64,000 bases of DNA from an uncultured Acidobacteriota bacterium (GCA_963741955.1 CAVUKB010000010.1:480001-544000), one strand, 5' to 3'. Positions 47,347 to 58,009 are shown, counted from the stretch's first letter. The notes: generated by a model from the sequence alone, not told the origin. Translations and numbers: made by a program.

Positions 47347-47559
47347 ATGCGAATAGAAGAGACAAATCAAATTCTGAAAGATGCGAAGCAGCGGGGACAT
47401 TCCGTCCACGAGCAGAAGGGAACGGGAGCGCGGTTTTCCGAGGCGCTCCACAACCGTGGCGTGCAATCGGCTCTGACGGTGGCAGGTGTCGCTGCGGTGG
47501 TCGGACTCGGAAGCTGGTTGGCGCGATCGCGACGACCGCGACCCTGGTACGAGATCTGA
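47347..47559 (+). CDS. Small protein with a C-terminal membrane anchor
   Basis: RBS GGAGG; 70 aa ending ALTVAGVAAVVGLGSWLARSRR. Confidence 0.6.
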   Translation: MRIEETNQILKDAKQRGHSVHEQKGTGARFSEALHNRGVQSALTVAGVAAVVGLGSWLARSRRPRPWYEI

Positions 47560-47593
47560 CGGACGGCGAAGGACCACTCGCGGCCTCGGCGTG

Positions 47594-48904
47594 TCATGGC
47601 TCTCCGCTCCTCCTGGTGACCAGAACCCACCTCACTCTGTACCGCTCACCTTCGAGGACTTCGAGGGTCAGATCGCCGAGGTCGACCCGATCCCCGGGGG
47701 AGACCTCGCGTCCCAGTGTGGCCGCGACATATCCACCGATCGTTTCTTCGGGAGGCTCGCCGACGTCGATCTTGAGCCGGTCCGCCAGATCTTCGATCAG
47801 GTAGTCGCCGCGGATCCGGTAGCGGCCCTCGCCGAGACGCTCGACCTCGAGCCTCTCACGATCGAATTCGTCCTGAATCTGCCCGAAGAGCTCTTCGGTG
47901 ATGTTCTCCATCGAAACGATGCCGGATGCACCGCCATACTCGTCGAGGATCACCGCGAGATGGGTCCGGTGGTCGAGGAACTGGTGGAGGAGGTTCTCGA
48001 CCGTGGTGTTCTCCGGAACGAAGAGCGCCTCCCTCTTGAGGTCCATCAGCGTGCGACCCGGACCTTTGAGCTGGGCAAGAAAGAGGTCCTTCACGTGGAT
48101 GATCCCGACGACGTGATCGAGGTCGCCGTTGCAGAGTGGATAGCGGGTATGTCCGGTTTTGAGAATGGTGTCGAGATTCTCTTCGATGCTTCGGGTGACC
48201 GAGAGTATCACCACGTCCGTCCGCGGAACCATGATCTGACGCGCCGTCCGTCGCGAGAACTGGAAGACGCCTTCAATGATCTCGAGGTTCGGCTCGGAGA
48301 GGATTCCCGCCTGTTCCGAATGGGCCAGGATCAGGCGCAGCTCTTCCTGCGAATGAGCCACTTCGGCCTCACTTGCCGGGCGGATCCCGATCGTTCGGAG
48401 GACGAGATTGGAGAAACTGTTCAGGACGAAGATCGCGGGATACATCACGACGTAGAAGGCGTGGAGTGGGTGAGCGATCCAGAGGGCGGAGCTCACTGGT
48501 TTCTGGATTGCGAGGGACTTCGGTGCGAGCTCGCCGAACACGATATGGAGCACGGTGATGATCAGGAACGCGACTGACGCTGCGATGGAGTGAGCGACCG
48601 GGACGGCGAACGCTCCGAGCCGGACGAACCACGGCACGAGGAGGGAGGCGAACGCCGGTTCACCGATCCAGCCGAGAGCCAGGGATGCGAGCGTGATTCC
48701 GAGCTGGGTGGCCGAGAGATAGACATCCAGACGGCGGGTCAGGCGGAGTGCCATCTTCGCACGGGGGTCGTTCTTCGCCGCGAGCTCTGTGAGCTGCGTC
48801 GGCCGAACCTTCACGATCGCGAATTCGGCGGCGACGAAATAACCGTTGGCCAGGACGAAGAAAAAGGCCAGGACGAGATACCAGGCGCTCATTGGAGAGG
48901 CCAT
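47594..48904 (-). CDS. CNNM/CBS/CorC (TlyC-like) membrane protein
   Basis: NGYFVAAEFA, LSATQLGITLASLALGWIGEP, GELAPK, IMVPR, DEYGG. Confidence 0.94.
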   Translation of the reverse strand: MASPMSAWYLVLAFFFVLANGYFVAAEFAIVKVRPTQLTELAAKNDPRAKMALRLTRRLDVYLSATQLGITLASLALGWIGEPAFASLLVPWFVRLGAFAVPVAHSIAASVAFLIITVLHIVFGELAPKSLAIQKPVSSALWIAHPLHAFYVVMYPAIFVLNSFSNLVLRTIGIRPASEAEVAHSQEELRLILAHSEQAGILSEPNLEIIEGVFQFSRRTARQIMVPRTDVVILSVTRSIEENLDTILKTGHTRYPLCNGDLDHVVGIIHVKDLFLAQLKGPGRTLMDLKREALFVPENTTVENLLHQFLDHRTHLAVILDEYGGASGIVSMENITEELFGQIQDEFDRERLEVERLGEGRYRIRGDYLIEDLADRLKIDVGEPPEETIGGYVAATLGREVSPGDRVDLGDLTLEVLEGERYRVRWVLVTRRSGEP

Positions 48905-48938
48905 TGTAACGGGTTGCGCGGGTTTGGAGGTTCAGGCC

Positions 48939-50213
48939 TCAGCTGACCTGACTCCCCCTGATCTCATCCAGCGTTCGCCAGAACCGCGGATACGATTTCG
49001 ACACTACCTGATCGTGGTCGATGGTCACGTTACCGCGCGCGAGGCCGGAGATCGCGAACGCCATGGCGATTCGATGATCTTCGTGCGGGTCGATGGTGGC
49101 GGGGTCGTCGTTCCATCCCGGCTCGATCCGGAGGGAATCGGCTCCTTCGACGACGGTCACGCCGAGCTTCCGAAGCTCGGACGCGATCACGGCGATCCGG
49201 TCCGATTCCTTGATCCGCAGATTCGCGATATTCACGATCTCGACCGGAGAGGAGGCGAGAGGGGCAATCGCCGCGAGGGTCGGAACGACATCCGGGATGT
49301 CGCCGAGGTCGAATCGTCCGCCCTTCAGCGGCGACTTCGATTGCACGGTGACGACGGTTCCTTCGCGGCTGACCGCGACGCCCATGCTCTGGAGGAGGTC
49401 GAGAAACCGCCGGTCGCCCTGCGCGGAATCGGCGCGGAGGCCGGACACACGTACGGTCCCACCGGTCGCGATCGCGGCTGCGAACCAGTACGAAGCCGAC
49501 GAGTAGTCGCCTTCGACTTCGTAGTGGTTGCACTGAAGGCGGGAAGGTTCGACACGGTAATGGTCGGAAGCGATCTCTCGCACCGTCGCACCGAAATCGC
49601 GGAGGATGCGCGCGGTGATCTCGAGATACGGGCGGGAAACGAGAGAGCGGAGGCGGAGATCGAGCCCGTCCGGCAGAGCGGCACCCGCCATCATCAGCGC
49701 GGAAGCGAACTGGCTCGAGAGCCCTGCGTCGAGGACGACCTCGAAACCACCACGCATCTTCCTTCCGCGGATTCGTAGCGGCGGGAACCCTTCCTCACCC
49801 GCGTACTCCAGCTCCGTTCCGATCGAGACGAGAGCGTCCACGAGCCCTCCGATCGGCCGCTGGAGCATCCGCGACTCACCAGTGATCAGATATCGCCCGG
49901 GAGTGAACGCGAGAAACCCGGTCAGAAATCTCATCGCGGTACCGGCGTTCCCGACGAAGATCTCGACCTCGTTGGCAGACATGCTGATGCGTTCTCCGAT
50001 CGTGATCGCGTCGCGAAACGATCCGGAGACCTCGAAACCGGCTTTCCGGATCGCCTCGAGCATGTAGCGCGGATCGTCGCCATCGAGCGGATGCACCACG
50101 GTGGTCGGCCCCTCCGTCATCGCCGCCAGGAGCAGTGCCCGGGCGGTGACCGATTTCGACGGCGGAGCGGCGACGTCAGCATCGAGTGGAGAAGTGCGTT
50201 CGATCTTTTTCAT
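48939..50213 (-). CDS. aroA: 3-phosphoshikimate 1-carboxyvinyltransferase (EPSP synthase)
   Basis: PPSKSVTAR, GNAGTAMRF, SSQFASAL, LRIKESDR, DHRIAMAF, VSKSYPRF. Confidence 0.96.
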   Translation of the reverse strand: MKKIERTSPLDADVAAPPSKSVTARALLLAAMTEGPTTVVHPLDGDDPRYMLEAIRKAGFEVSGSFRDAITIGERISMSANEVEIFVGNAGTAMRFLTGFLAFTPGRYLITGESRMLQRPIGGLVDALVSIGTELEYAGEEGFPPLRIRGRKMRGGFEVVLDAGLSSQFASALMMAGAALPDGLDLRLRSLVSRPYLEITARILRDFGATVREIASDHYRVEPSRLQCNHYEVEGDYSSASYWFAAAIATGGTVRVSGLRADSAQGDRRFLDLLQSMGVAVSREGTVVTVQSKSPLKGGRFDLGDIPDVVPTLAAIAPLASSPVEIVNIANLRIKESDRIAVIASELRKLGVTVVEGADSLRIEPGWNDDPATIDPHEDHRIAMAFAISGLARGNVTIDHDQVVSKSYPRFWRTLDEIRGSQVS

Positions 50214-50977
50214 GGAAGCTCGAGTGTGAGACCGTCCCAGGCGAGACCAAAGCCGTCCGGGAGCGTGGCGTCGACGGTCTGATGGTCGACGTCGTGTGCG
50301 ATGTGGATGAGCCAGGTCTGGCGTGCGTTCACCACTCGCGCCTGTTCGACGGCTTCCGGAATGGTGAAGTGCGTCGGGTGGTGCGGACGGACCCGAAGTC
50401 CGTCAATGGCGAGCGTATCAATCCCGTCGAGAAGCGCGAGCGACGAATCAGGAATCCCGTTGGTGTCGGTGATGTAGGCGAAGGAACCGATCCGGTACCC
50501 GAGGATGGTCCAGTCGCCGTGACGCACCGGGATCGGAACGACCTCGATCCCTTCATGTGCGAACGGCTGCTCCACCTCGTTCAGGATGAGCTTCGGTTTT
50601 CCTCCTCCTTCCTGCGCCCGTTCATCCCAGATGTACGAGAATGCGCGACGGATGGCTTTGGCCGTCAGTGGACTGGCGTACGCGGTCATCGGTTTGCGAT
50701 GGAAGAAGTTGAAAGGCCGGATGTCGTCCAGCCCCATGATGTGGTCGGAATGGGAGTGGGTAAAGAGGATGAAATCGAGGTGCGGAATCGGATCGCGGAG
50801 GAGCTGGATGCGGAGATCCGGAGTGGTGTCGATGAGGATGTGCCGGCCGCCGATCTCGATCTTCAGCGATTGGCGGAGGCGCTGATTCTTCGGGTCTTTC
50901 GACGTGCAGACGTCGCAGTGGCAGCCGACCACCGGCACGCCCGTCGAGGTTCCGGTACCGAGAAAAGTGACTTTCAT
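50210..50977 (-). CDS. MBL-fold metallo-hydrolase (PhnP-like)
   Basis: LGTGTSTGVP..GCHCDVC, THSHSDH, AYITD, HPTH. Confidence 0.92.
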   Translation of the reverse strand: MKVTFLGTGTSTGVPVVGCHCDVCTSKDPKNQRLRQSLKIEIGGRHILIDTTPDLRIQLLRDPIPHLDFILFTHSHSDHIMGLDDIRPFNFFHRKPMTAYASPLTAKAIRRAFSYIWDERAQEGGGKPKLILNEVEQPFAHEGIEVVPIPVRHGDWTILGYRIGSFAYITDTNGIPDSSLALLDGIDTLAIDGLRVRPHHPTHFTIPEAVEQARVVNARQTWLIHIAHDVDHQTVDATLPDGFGLAWDGLTLELP

Positions 50978-50983
50978 TCCTGA

Positions 50984-51709
50984 TCAGACGATGTAGTAGG
51001 AGTATTCGCCGCTCTCCGGCGAGATGACCATTGCTTCACCCTGCTCGAACCACGCCGGGAGCACTTCGACCGTAGCGTTCCCCGCGGGGAGTGTCAACTT
51101 GCGGTGGAAGTGACCGAAGACGACGACATCGACGTTCTCTTTCTCCTGGCGTGCACATCCATATGCCTCCATCAGCTCGACGGGAAGGCGTCGCTTGTGC
51201 TTGAAGTTCGTCTTCGAGAGCTTCTGTTCGACCGAGTCGACGAAACGACGAGCGAGAGGCTTCGGTACCAGGCGAACCGCGAAACGCATGAACGCGTTCT
51301 TGGACACCGCGCGCCAGAAACGATACGGCCAGTCGCGGTCGTTGATCATGTCGCCGTGGACGATGAGAAACCGCTTTCCGCCCGCTTCGATCACTCTGCG
51401 AACGACGACCTCCGAGACCTGCGGCTCGGCTTCAGATCCTTTCACGAAGAAGTCGCGGTTCCCCTCGACGTAGTAGATCTCGATTCCGCGGTCGCGAAGC
51501 TCGCCGAGCTTGCGGAAAAAATTGCGAACGGGCGTGGTGTAGAACTTCGGATCTCCGATGAAATAGTGAAACACGTCGCCGTTGAGGTAGAGCGCCTTCG
51601 GGGCAAGCGCCGCGAGACGCTCCAGCCACTCCACGATCTCGCGCTCGTCTCCCTCGGCCAGACCGATGTGCGAGTCGCCGATCACGAAGATCCATCCGGC
51701 GGGAGGCAT
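50984..51709 (-). CDS. lpxH: UDP-2,3-diacylglucosamine diphosphatase-like metallophosphoesterase
   Basis: GDSHIG, NGDVF, EGNRDF, HGD, GHFH. Confidence 0.8.
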   Translation of the reverse strand: MPPAGWIFVIGDSHIGLAEGDEREIVEWLERLAALAPKALYLNGDVFHYFIGDPKFYTTPVRNFFRKLGELRDRGIEIYYVEGNRDFFVKGSEAEPQVSEVVVRRVIEAGGKRFLIVHGDMINDRDWPYRFWRAVSKNAFMRFAVRLVPKPLARRFVDSVEQKLSKTNFKHKRRLPVELMEAYGCARQEKENVDVVVFGHFHRKLTLPAGNATVEVLPAWFEQGEAMVISPESGEYSYYIV

Positions 51710-52215
51710 CACTGAGTCAGCTCCTCCAGCGCGCGTTGGAATTCGCGCAGTGCGTCGTGTCCGTAGAGACAGAAGACGACCCGTTCGAGATGGTGAGCGC
51801 GAGGGCGGAACGTCAGCGTCGTATCGAGCATGATCCGAGCGCATCGGGAGATCGGATATCCGAAGATCCCGGTGGAGATCGCGGGAAATGCGACCGAGGA
51901 GAGCTGGAGCTCCTCCGCTTTTTCCAGCGAGGAAAGAGTTGCGCGCCGGAGCTTGTCGTCTTCGTCGCCTTCCCCCATCCGAGGACCGACGGCGTGGATC
52001 ACGAACCTGGCCGGGAGATGTCCGGCGGAAGTGACCGCTGCTCCCCCGACCGGCACGAATCCGATGCGGTCGCTCTCCTGCTGGATCGCCGGGCCCCCTT
52101 TCCGGGAGATCGCTCCGGCGACGCCTCCACCGTGCTGAAGTTGCGAGTTCGCGGGGTTGACGATCGCGTCGACGTGGAGGGTGGTGATGTCGCCCTCCAT
52201 GAGCTCGATCTTCAT
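51709..52215 (-). CDS. Macro-domain protein (YmdB-like ADP-ribose hydrolase)
   Basis: [42 protein letters not shown]. Confidence 0.93.
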   Translation of the reverse strand: MKIELMEGDITTLHVDAIVNPANSQLQHGGGVAGAISRKGGPAIQQESDRIGFVPVGGAAVTSAGHLPARFVIHAVGPRMGEGDEDDKLRRATLSSLEKAEELQLSSVAFPAISTGIFGYPISRCARIMLDTTLTFRPRAHHLERVVFCLYGHDALREFQRALEELTQ

Positions 52216-52217
52216 GC

Positions 52218-53258
52218 TCAGAGGCTCACTTTCAGGTTCGCCCGTGGGTTCTCCGGGTAGCATTGATCGATCCGATCCACCGCATCGGCGGCATCGGCGT
52301 TCAACGATTTCGGGATGGCGATCTGAACCCGGTAGTAATGATCGCCGCGCGCGCCCTTCCCCTTCTTCACGCCCTTGCCCGAGAGGCGGAATGTCTGTCC
52401 GCCCTGCGTTCCCGCGGGGATCTTTGCCCGGACCGGACCGTGGATGGTCGGGACCTCGATCTCCGCCCCGTGCACGGCTTCGCCGATGGTGATGGGAAGC
52501 TCGACGTGAATGTCGTCGCCCCGCCGCTCGAAGAAGGGATGCGGTCGGACGTGGATCAGCACGATCAGGTCGCCGGGAGGCGCACCGGCACTTCCGGCCG
52601 AACCCTTCCCTCGAAGGCGGATTCGCTGGCCATCGCGAACGCCTTCAGGGATTTTAGCTCTCACTGTTTCGCGGTGCGCCACCACCCCCGATCCGTGGCA
52701 GGTGGGGCAGACCTTACTGTTCACATTTCCGAGTCCCTCGCACGTGGGGCACTCCTTCTGGCGCTGGATTGCGAGCTGGACCGTGGTTCCGTGGACGGCG
52801 TCACGAAAGTCGATCGTGGTCGACGCTTCGATGTCGGTTCCGGCGCGGGGAGCATTCTCGAACGGCTGCCTTCCGCCGAACAGATCGGAGAAGAGATCCG
52901 TGAAATCGGCCGTGCTCGCGGTCCGGCGTCCTCCGCGGCGTCCGCCGCCTCCGGTGAATTGCGAGAAGTCGAAGTTGAAACCGTACGGCCCCTGTCCGGC
53001 GCCCTGGCCGCCGAACGGACCTCCGGGGCCGAAGTGGAAGGCCTCCCGACCCATCCGGTCGTACTGCTCGCGTTTTTCCTTGTCGCCGAGGATCGCGTAA
53101 GCCTCGCTGATCTCCTTGAAACTGGCTTCTGCTTCCTTATTGTCGGGATTCACGTCGGGGTGGTACTTGCGGGCGAGCTTTCGATAGGCTTTCTTGATCT
53201 CATCCTCGGATGCGTCTTTTTTCACTCCGAGGATGTCGTAGTAGCTTCGATCAGCCAT
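52218..53258 (-). CDS. dnaJ: DnaJ-family co-chaperone with a shortened zinc finger
   Basis: YYDILGV, HPD, G/F-rich linker, two CxxCxGxG motifs, C-terminal DnaJ domains. Confidence 0.9.
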   Translation of the reverse strand: MADRSYYDILGVKKDASEDEIKKAYRKLARKYHPDVNPDNKEAEASFKEISEAYAILGDKEKREQYDRMGREAFHFGPGGPFGGQGAGQGPYGFNFDFSQFTGGGGRRGGRRTASTADFTDLFSDLFGGRQPFENAPRAGTDIEASTTIDFRDAVHGTTVQLAIQRQKECPTCEGLGNVNSKVCPTCHGSGVVAHRETVRAKIPEGVRDGQRIRLRGKGSAGSAGAPPGDLIVLIHVRPHPFFERRGDDIHVELPITIGEAVHGAEIEVPTIHGPVRAKIPAGTQGGQTFRLSGKGVKKGKGARGDHYYRVQIAIPKSLNADAADAVDRIDQCYPENPRANLKVSL

Positions 53259-53479
53259 GGCGCAGATTAGAACACAATTTTCGGGCCGAATATTGACGAG
53301 AAGGGCGGGTGAGCCCATGTCTTGCATAACGGCTACAGGGTTGGTGGAGTCATCGGCCCGTCGCTCTCGATGCACGATTCCGGCCCGCTCGGGTCAGGTC
53401 TTCATCTTTTTCTCGTGCAGACCGGCCAATGCGCTTACGATGGAAATCCGATTGAAATTCGACGAGACGGGTGGACGCA

Positions 53480-54763
53480 ATGCAGGGAGCACTGGCGCGT
53501 AGAAATGTTCTGACCATGATCCTCGCCGGAGGCATGGGTGAGAGGCTCTATCCCCTCACCCGGGACCGCGCCAAGCCCGCCGTCCCGTTCGGAGGGCGAT
53601 ACCGGATCATCGATTTCGTTCTGAACAACTTCATCAACTCCGGCTTTTTCAAGATCAAAGTGCTCACCCAGTTCAAATCGAACTCGCTCATCGAGCACGT
53701 CACGCGCACCTGGCGTCTGCCGTCCGAGATCGGACAGTACGTCGAAGTCGTTCCCGCTCAGATGAGAAAAGGGCCGTTCTGGTTCCGCGGAACGGCCGAC
53801 GCGGTGTACCAGAACCTCGAGCTGATCTTCGACGAGAATCCGGAGTACGTGTGTGTCTTCGGCGGCGATCACATCTACAAGATGGACGTGAACCAGATGC
53901 TCGAGTTTCACGTCGACATGAACGCGGACCTGACCATCGCTACCGTACCGGTCCACATTTCACAGGCGCACCATTTCGGGATCGTGGAGATCGACGAACG
54001 CTTCCGGGTCACCGGGTTCGTCGAAAAACCGAAGCATGGCGCGAAGACGATTCCCGGCCGGCCGGACACGGTCCTCGCATCGATGGGGAATTACATCTTC
54101 ACATCCAAGGTGATGACCGACGTTCTGGAGCGCAATGCACTGCGCGACGCCGCGCACGATTTCGGGAAGGAGATCATTCCGCAGATGTACGACGGGATGG
54201 ATGTCTACGCCTACGACTTCGGGACCAACATGGTTCCCGGCGAGACGCCGGAGTCGCATGCCTACTGGCGCGATGTCGGGACCGTCGAGTCGTACTTCGA
54301 GGCGTCGATGGATCTGATTGCGGTGACGCCGCCCTTCAGCCTCTACAACTCGCGATGGCCGTTCAAGACGGCACCGCTGAATCTTCCTCCCGCGAAATTC
54401 GTTTTCGCGGACGCCGAGCAGAGACGGATCGGCATCGCTACCGATTCGCTGGTCTCGTCCGGGGCGATCATTTCGGGAGGAAGCATCAACCGCACCATCG
54501 TCTTTCCCCGCGTACGCATCAATTCCTTCGCGGACGTCGACGAATCGATCCTGATGGACGGAGTCGACGTCGGACGGCACTCCCGCATCCGGCGGGCGAT
54601 CGTCGACAAGGGCGTTCACATCCCGCCGCACAGCGTGATCGGCTACGATCTCGAGCTCGACCGGCAGCGGTTCACGGTGACCGACAGCGACATCGTCGTG
54701 GTTGCGAAAGGGACGGTGATCCAGCCTGAGACCGTCATGGCGGGCGCCGACCCCTCGAACTGA
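53480..54763 (+). CDS. glgC: Glucose-1-phosphate adenylyltransferase
   Basis: ILAGGMGERLYPLTRDRAKPAVPFGG, GTADAVYQN, GDHIYKMD, SMGNY, YWRDVGT. Confidence 0.97.
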   Translation: MQGALARRNVLTMILAGGMGERLYPLTRDRAKPAVPFGGRYRIIDFVLNNFINSGFFKIKVLTQFKSNSLIEHVTRTWRLPSEIGQYVEVVPAQMRKGPFWFRGTADAVYQNLELIFDENPEYVCVFGGDHIYKMDVNQMLEFHVDMNADLTIATVPVHISQAHHFGIVEIDERFRVTGFVEKPKHGAKTIPGRPDTVLASMGNYIFTSKVMTDVLERNALRDAAHDFGKEIIPQMYDGMDVYAYDFGTNMVPGETPESHAYWRDVGTVESYFEASMDLIAVTPPFSLYNSRWPFKTAPLNLPPAKFVFADAEQRRIGIATDSLVSSGAIISGGSINRTIVFPRVRINSFADVDESILMDGVDVGRHSRIRRAIVDKGVHIPPHSVIGYDLELDRQRFTVTDSDIVVVAKGTVIQPETVMAGADPSN

Positions 54764-54844
54764 TAGAATGCGGCGCCGCTGCGCGCGCCGGCCGAGCCGA
54801 CCTGCCGCACGAACGCGGACTCTCCAGACGAAGGACGTACTCCG

Positions 54845-55627
54845 ATGAGCACCAGAATGCGACACGACGGCCGCGCGGCCGACCAGCTCCGCCCCGTAAT
54901 CGTGCGGCCCGATTTCATCAGACACGCTGAGGGCTCGGTTCTGATCGAAGTGGGCGACACTCGCGTGGTCTGCACCGCGTCGCTCGAGGAGCGGGTCCCT
55001 CCCTTCCTCCAGAAGAGCGGGAAAGGATGGGTCACCGCGGAGTACGGAATGCTACCGCGCTCGACCTCGGAGCGTTCCGCGCGTGAGGCCGCACGTGGGA
55101 AGCAGGGCGGCCGGACGATGGAAATTCAGCGCCTGATCGGCCGGGCACTGCGTGCGGCCGTCGACACCCAGCTGATGGGTGAGCGGACGATCTGGGTCGA
55201 CTGCGACGTCATCCAGGCGGACGGCGGAACACGGACCGCCTCCATCACCGGCGGGTTCGTCGCCCTGACCCTCGCTCTCGCGAAGCTCTACCTCGAGAAG
55301 CGCATCGTGAGCTGGCCGGTCCGGGAATGGGTCGCGGCAGTGTCGGTGGGAATGGTCGATGGAGTCCCGTCACTCGATCTCGACTACATCGAGGATTCCG
55401 GTGCCGAGGTCGACATGAACGTCGTCGCGACCGACAAGATGAGGTTCGTCGAGATCCAGGGAACCGCAGAGGGAAAGAGTTTCAGCGAGGACGAGATGAA
55501 TGCCATGACCGCTCTCGCGAAGAGCGGCATCTCGCAGCTGATCGAGAAGCAGCGGGAGATCCTCGGGCCGGTGATCCAGAAGGTCGACGCACTGGCGCTC
55601 GAGCGGCTCAACAAGAAATTCCGCTAG
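54845..55627 (+). CDS. rph: Ribonuclease PH
   Basis: [47 protein letters not shown]. Confidence 0.97.
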   Translation: MSTRMRHDGRAADQLRPVIVRPDFIRHAEGSVLIEVGDTRVVCTASLEERVPPFLQKSGKGWVTAEYGMLPRSTSERSAREAARGKQGGRTMEIQRLIGRALRAAVDTQLMGERTIWVDCDVIQADGGTRTASITGGFVALTLALAKLYLEKRIVSWPVREWVAAVSVGMVDGVPSLDLDYIEDSGAEVDMNVVATDKMRFVEIQGTAEGKSFSEDEMNAMTALAKSGISQLIEKQREILGPVIQKVDALALERLNKKFR

Positions 55628-55755
55628 CCCGCAGGAAAGAGTCCTCGAGCGGCGCCGCTTCCGTCGTGCCGCTCGATGTGCCCGGTTCGGAAGAAACGGG
55701 AGAGTCGCCGGAAGGCAAACGGTGGGTTCCTGCGATTGCCTGATGCCCTTCGCGA

Positions 55756-55922
55756 CTAGGAGTCTGCGCGATAGGAACGTCCGTAGCGAGAAAGCGAAGC
55801 AGCGAGGCCAAATTCGATCGGATTTGAGGTGCGTAGCGGTGGCTACTCGCCGAGAATCCGGACGAATTTGGACCGCTGATCCGCTTTCGCAGTAGGACAG
55901 TTTCTACCGCGCAGACTCCTAG
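55756..55922. mobile_element. 167-bp CTAG-bounded palindromic MITE-like element, family A (second copy)
   Basis: Same length as, and near-identical to, 32834..33000. Confidence 0.88.
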
Positions 55923-56103
55923 CCCGCATTTCTCACATCGTCTCTGCTGCGGAGACGGATGGCGGCCTGTCTGCTGCGTTGCGCCCGGCTTCGGCTCCTC
56001 GACGTAGTCACCACTATGCCTTCGTCGCCGAAGCGAGGCGCGCCTTGCATCCAGGCCACTCTCCGCCTCCTCGCGACGAGATGGTGTGAGAAATGCGGGC
56101 TAG
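55919..56103. mobile_element. 185-bp CTAG-bounded palindromic MITE-like element, family B (full copy)
   Basis: CTAGCCCGCATTTCTCACA...TGTGAGAAATGCGGGCTAG terminal inverted repeats; shares its left CTAG with the family A copy. Confidence 0.85.
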
Positions 56104-56122
56104 ATTTCGCGAACAATCCCGG

Positions 56123-56869
56123 TTACTCGATCATCCCGTTCAGCGGACTCGACGCAGTGGCGTAGAGCTTCTTCTCGATCCGGCCGGCCCGGTACGCGAG
56201 ACGCCCCGCCTGGATTGCGTAATTCATCGCGCGCGACATCGCGATCGGGTCCTTCGCTCCTGCGATTCCGGTGTTCATCAGCACCGCATCTGCACCGAGC
56301 TCCATCGCCAGGGCCGCGTCCGACGCCGTTCCGACGCCGGCGTCGACGATCACCGGGACCTTCGAGAACTCACGGATGATCCGAATGTTGGTCGGATTGC
56401 GAATTCCCAGACCCGATCCGATCGGTGCAGCGAGAGGCATCACCGCGGCACAGCCGAGGTCCTCGAGTTTCCGGCAGGTGATCGGGTCGTCGCTGGTGTA
56501 CGGAAGAACCGTGAAGCCCTCTTTCAGCAGGGTCTCGGCGGCCTCGAGGAGCGCGACGTTGTCCGGAAAGAGCGTCTTCGGGTCGCCGATCACTTCGAGC
56601 TTCACCCAATCGGAGAGGCCGACCTCCCGTGCGAGACGCGCGTAGCGCACCGCCTCGGCAGCGGTGTAGCAGCCGGCGGTATTCGGAAGGACGAGGTACT
56701 TCTTCGGGTCGATGTAGTCGAACAGGCGCGGCTGGTTCGGATCGGCCACTGACGTGCGACGTACCGCGACCGTCACGATCTCTGCACCGGAGATCTCGAT
56801 CGCCTCCGCCATCTGTTCCATGGTGGCGTACTTGCCGGTGCCGACGAGGAGACGCGAGCGAAACGTCTT
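56123..56869 (-). CDS. thiG: Thiazole synthase, 5'-truncated at the junction
   Basis: [53 protein letters not shown]; no native start codon, in-frame stop just beyond the junction. Confidence 0.93.
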   Translation of the reverse strand, partial: KTFRSRLLVGTGKYATMEQMAEAIEISGAEIVTVAVRRTSVADPNQPRLFDYIDPKKYLVLPNTAGCYTAAEAVRYARLAREVGLSDWVKLEVIGDPKTLFPDNVALLEAAETLLKEGFTVLPYTSDDPITCRKLEDLGCAAVMPLAAPIGSGLGIRNPTNIRIIREFSKVPVIVDAGVGTASDAALAMELGADAVLMNTGIAGAKDPIAMSRAMNYAIQAGRLAYRAGRIEKKLYATASSPLNGMIE

Positions 56870-57428
56870 TGACCACCTCGACCCCGATCACCAGCTGTGC
56901 TGCGCGCACGCGCTGCGCGAACTGCAAGCCGTTACCGACACCGCCCCGACCGGGCACTGGTGCTGGGCCACCCAAGCCGCCGACGCCCTCGCCGCGATCC
57001 AGAAGCTGATCGCCGACGCCCGCGCCGCGACCGCCGACGTCGACCCCGCCGCGCTGGCCGCGCAGATCCAGCACTACCGCTGCGCCGCACAGATCGGCGC
57101 CAACCAGAACGCCGCCCGCACCGACAAGCTGATGAAGAAACACCACGCGCTGGCCCGCCGGCTGCTCGACCGCCAAGACCTGACTACCTGCGCTTCACCA
57201 AAGACTGGCGAATACCGCCGGACAACAACGGCTCCGAACGCGACATCCGGATGATCAAACTCCGGCAGAAGGTATCCGGCTGCCTACGCACCCTCACCGG
57301 CGCGAAGCAATTCTGCGCGATCCGCAGCTACCTATCCACCGCCGCCAAACACGGCCATACCTCATTCGACGCACTCGTCACGCTCGCCGAAGGTCAAGCG
57401 TGGATGCCGGCATGACCTGACCAGTTAC
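56870..57428 (+). mobile_element. IS66-family transposase, 3' half only, frameshifted, with right end
   Basis: HQLCCAHALRELQAV; frameshift at ~57180; YLRFT..PPDNNGSERDIRMIKLRQKVSG; ends CTGACCAGTTAC (GTAA-type terminus). Confidence 0.85.
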
Positions 57429-57463
57429 TTCCGACTATCGACGAAGGCGAAATACGACGACCC

Positions 57464-58009
57464 TGTGGGGCTCAATAACCTCGTCTCGGTCTTCTCGGAG
57501 CGTTCGGCATGATCATTTGGTGTTGTTGTCGATGGTGTATGCCGTTGTGCGGGCGGTGCTTGGCCTGGTCGCCGTTCGGGGTCGTAGTCGTGCGGTCAAG
57601 GATGTCGAACTGCTGGTGTTGCGGCATGAGGTAGCGGTGTTGCCTCGCCAGATCAGTCGTCCGCGATTGGAGCCGACAGATCGAGTGCTGCTGGCGGCAC
57701 TGTCGCGGCTGCTGCCTCGGCAGTCGTGGTCGAGCCGGATCGTCAGCCCGGCAACATTGGTGGGTTGGCATGGCGAACTGGTCGCGCGGCGGTGGACGTA
57801 TCCGAGAGTTCACGCCTCGGCAGGTGGTCGACGCCCGATCGCAGTTGTGATCCGGACGTTGGTCGCGGCTTGCGCGAGAGAATCCGACGTGGGGTCATCG
57901 CCGGATCCATGGCGAGCCGATCGGGCTCGGTTACCGTGTCGCGCCCTCGACGGTATGGAACATCCTGCGCCGGGCCGGTCTTGACCCAGCGCCTCGACGA
58001 ACGGGATCT
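57464..58009 (+). mobile_element. Left portion of an integrase-core (IS481/IS3-like) actinobacterial-type IS, degenerate
   Basis: Left end TGTGGGGCTCAATAACC; KDVELLVLRHEVAVL..RPRL..DRVLLAALSRLLPR..PATL.GWH; frameshifted and cut by the next element. Confidence 0.75.

Noticed and set aside
47594-48904. Hemolysin/toxin
   Set aside because: CNNM-CBS-CorC proteins are Mg2+/divalent-cation homeostasis proteins; the hemolysin label is historical
53259-53470. CIRCE operator upstream of dnaJ
   Set aside because: No TTAGCACTC-N9-GAGTGCTAA match
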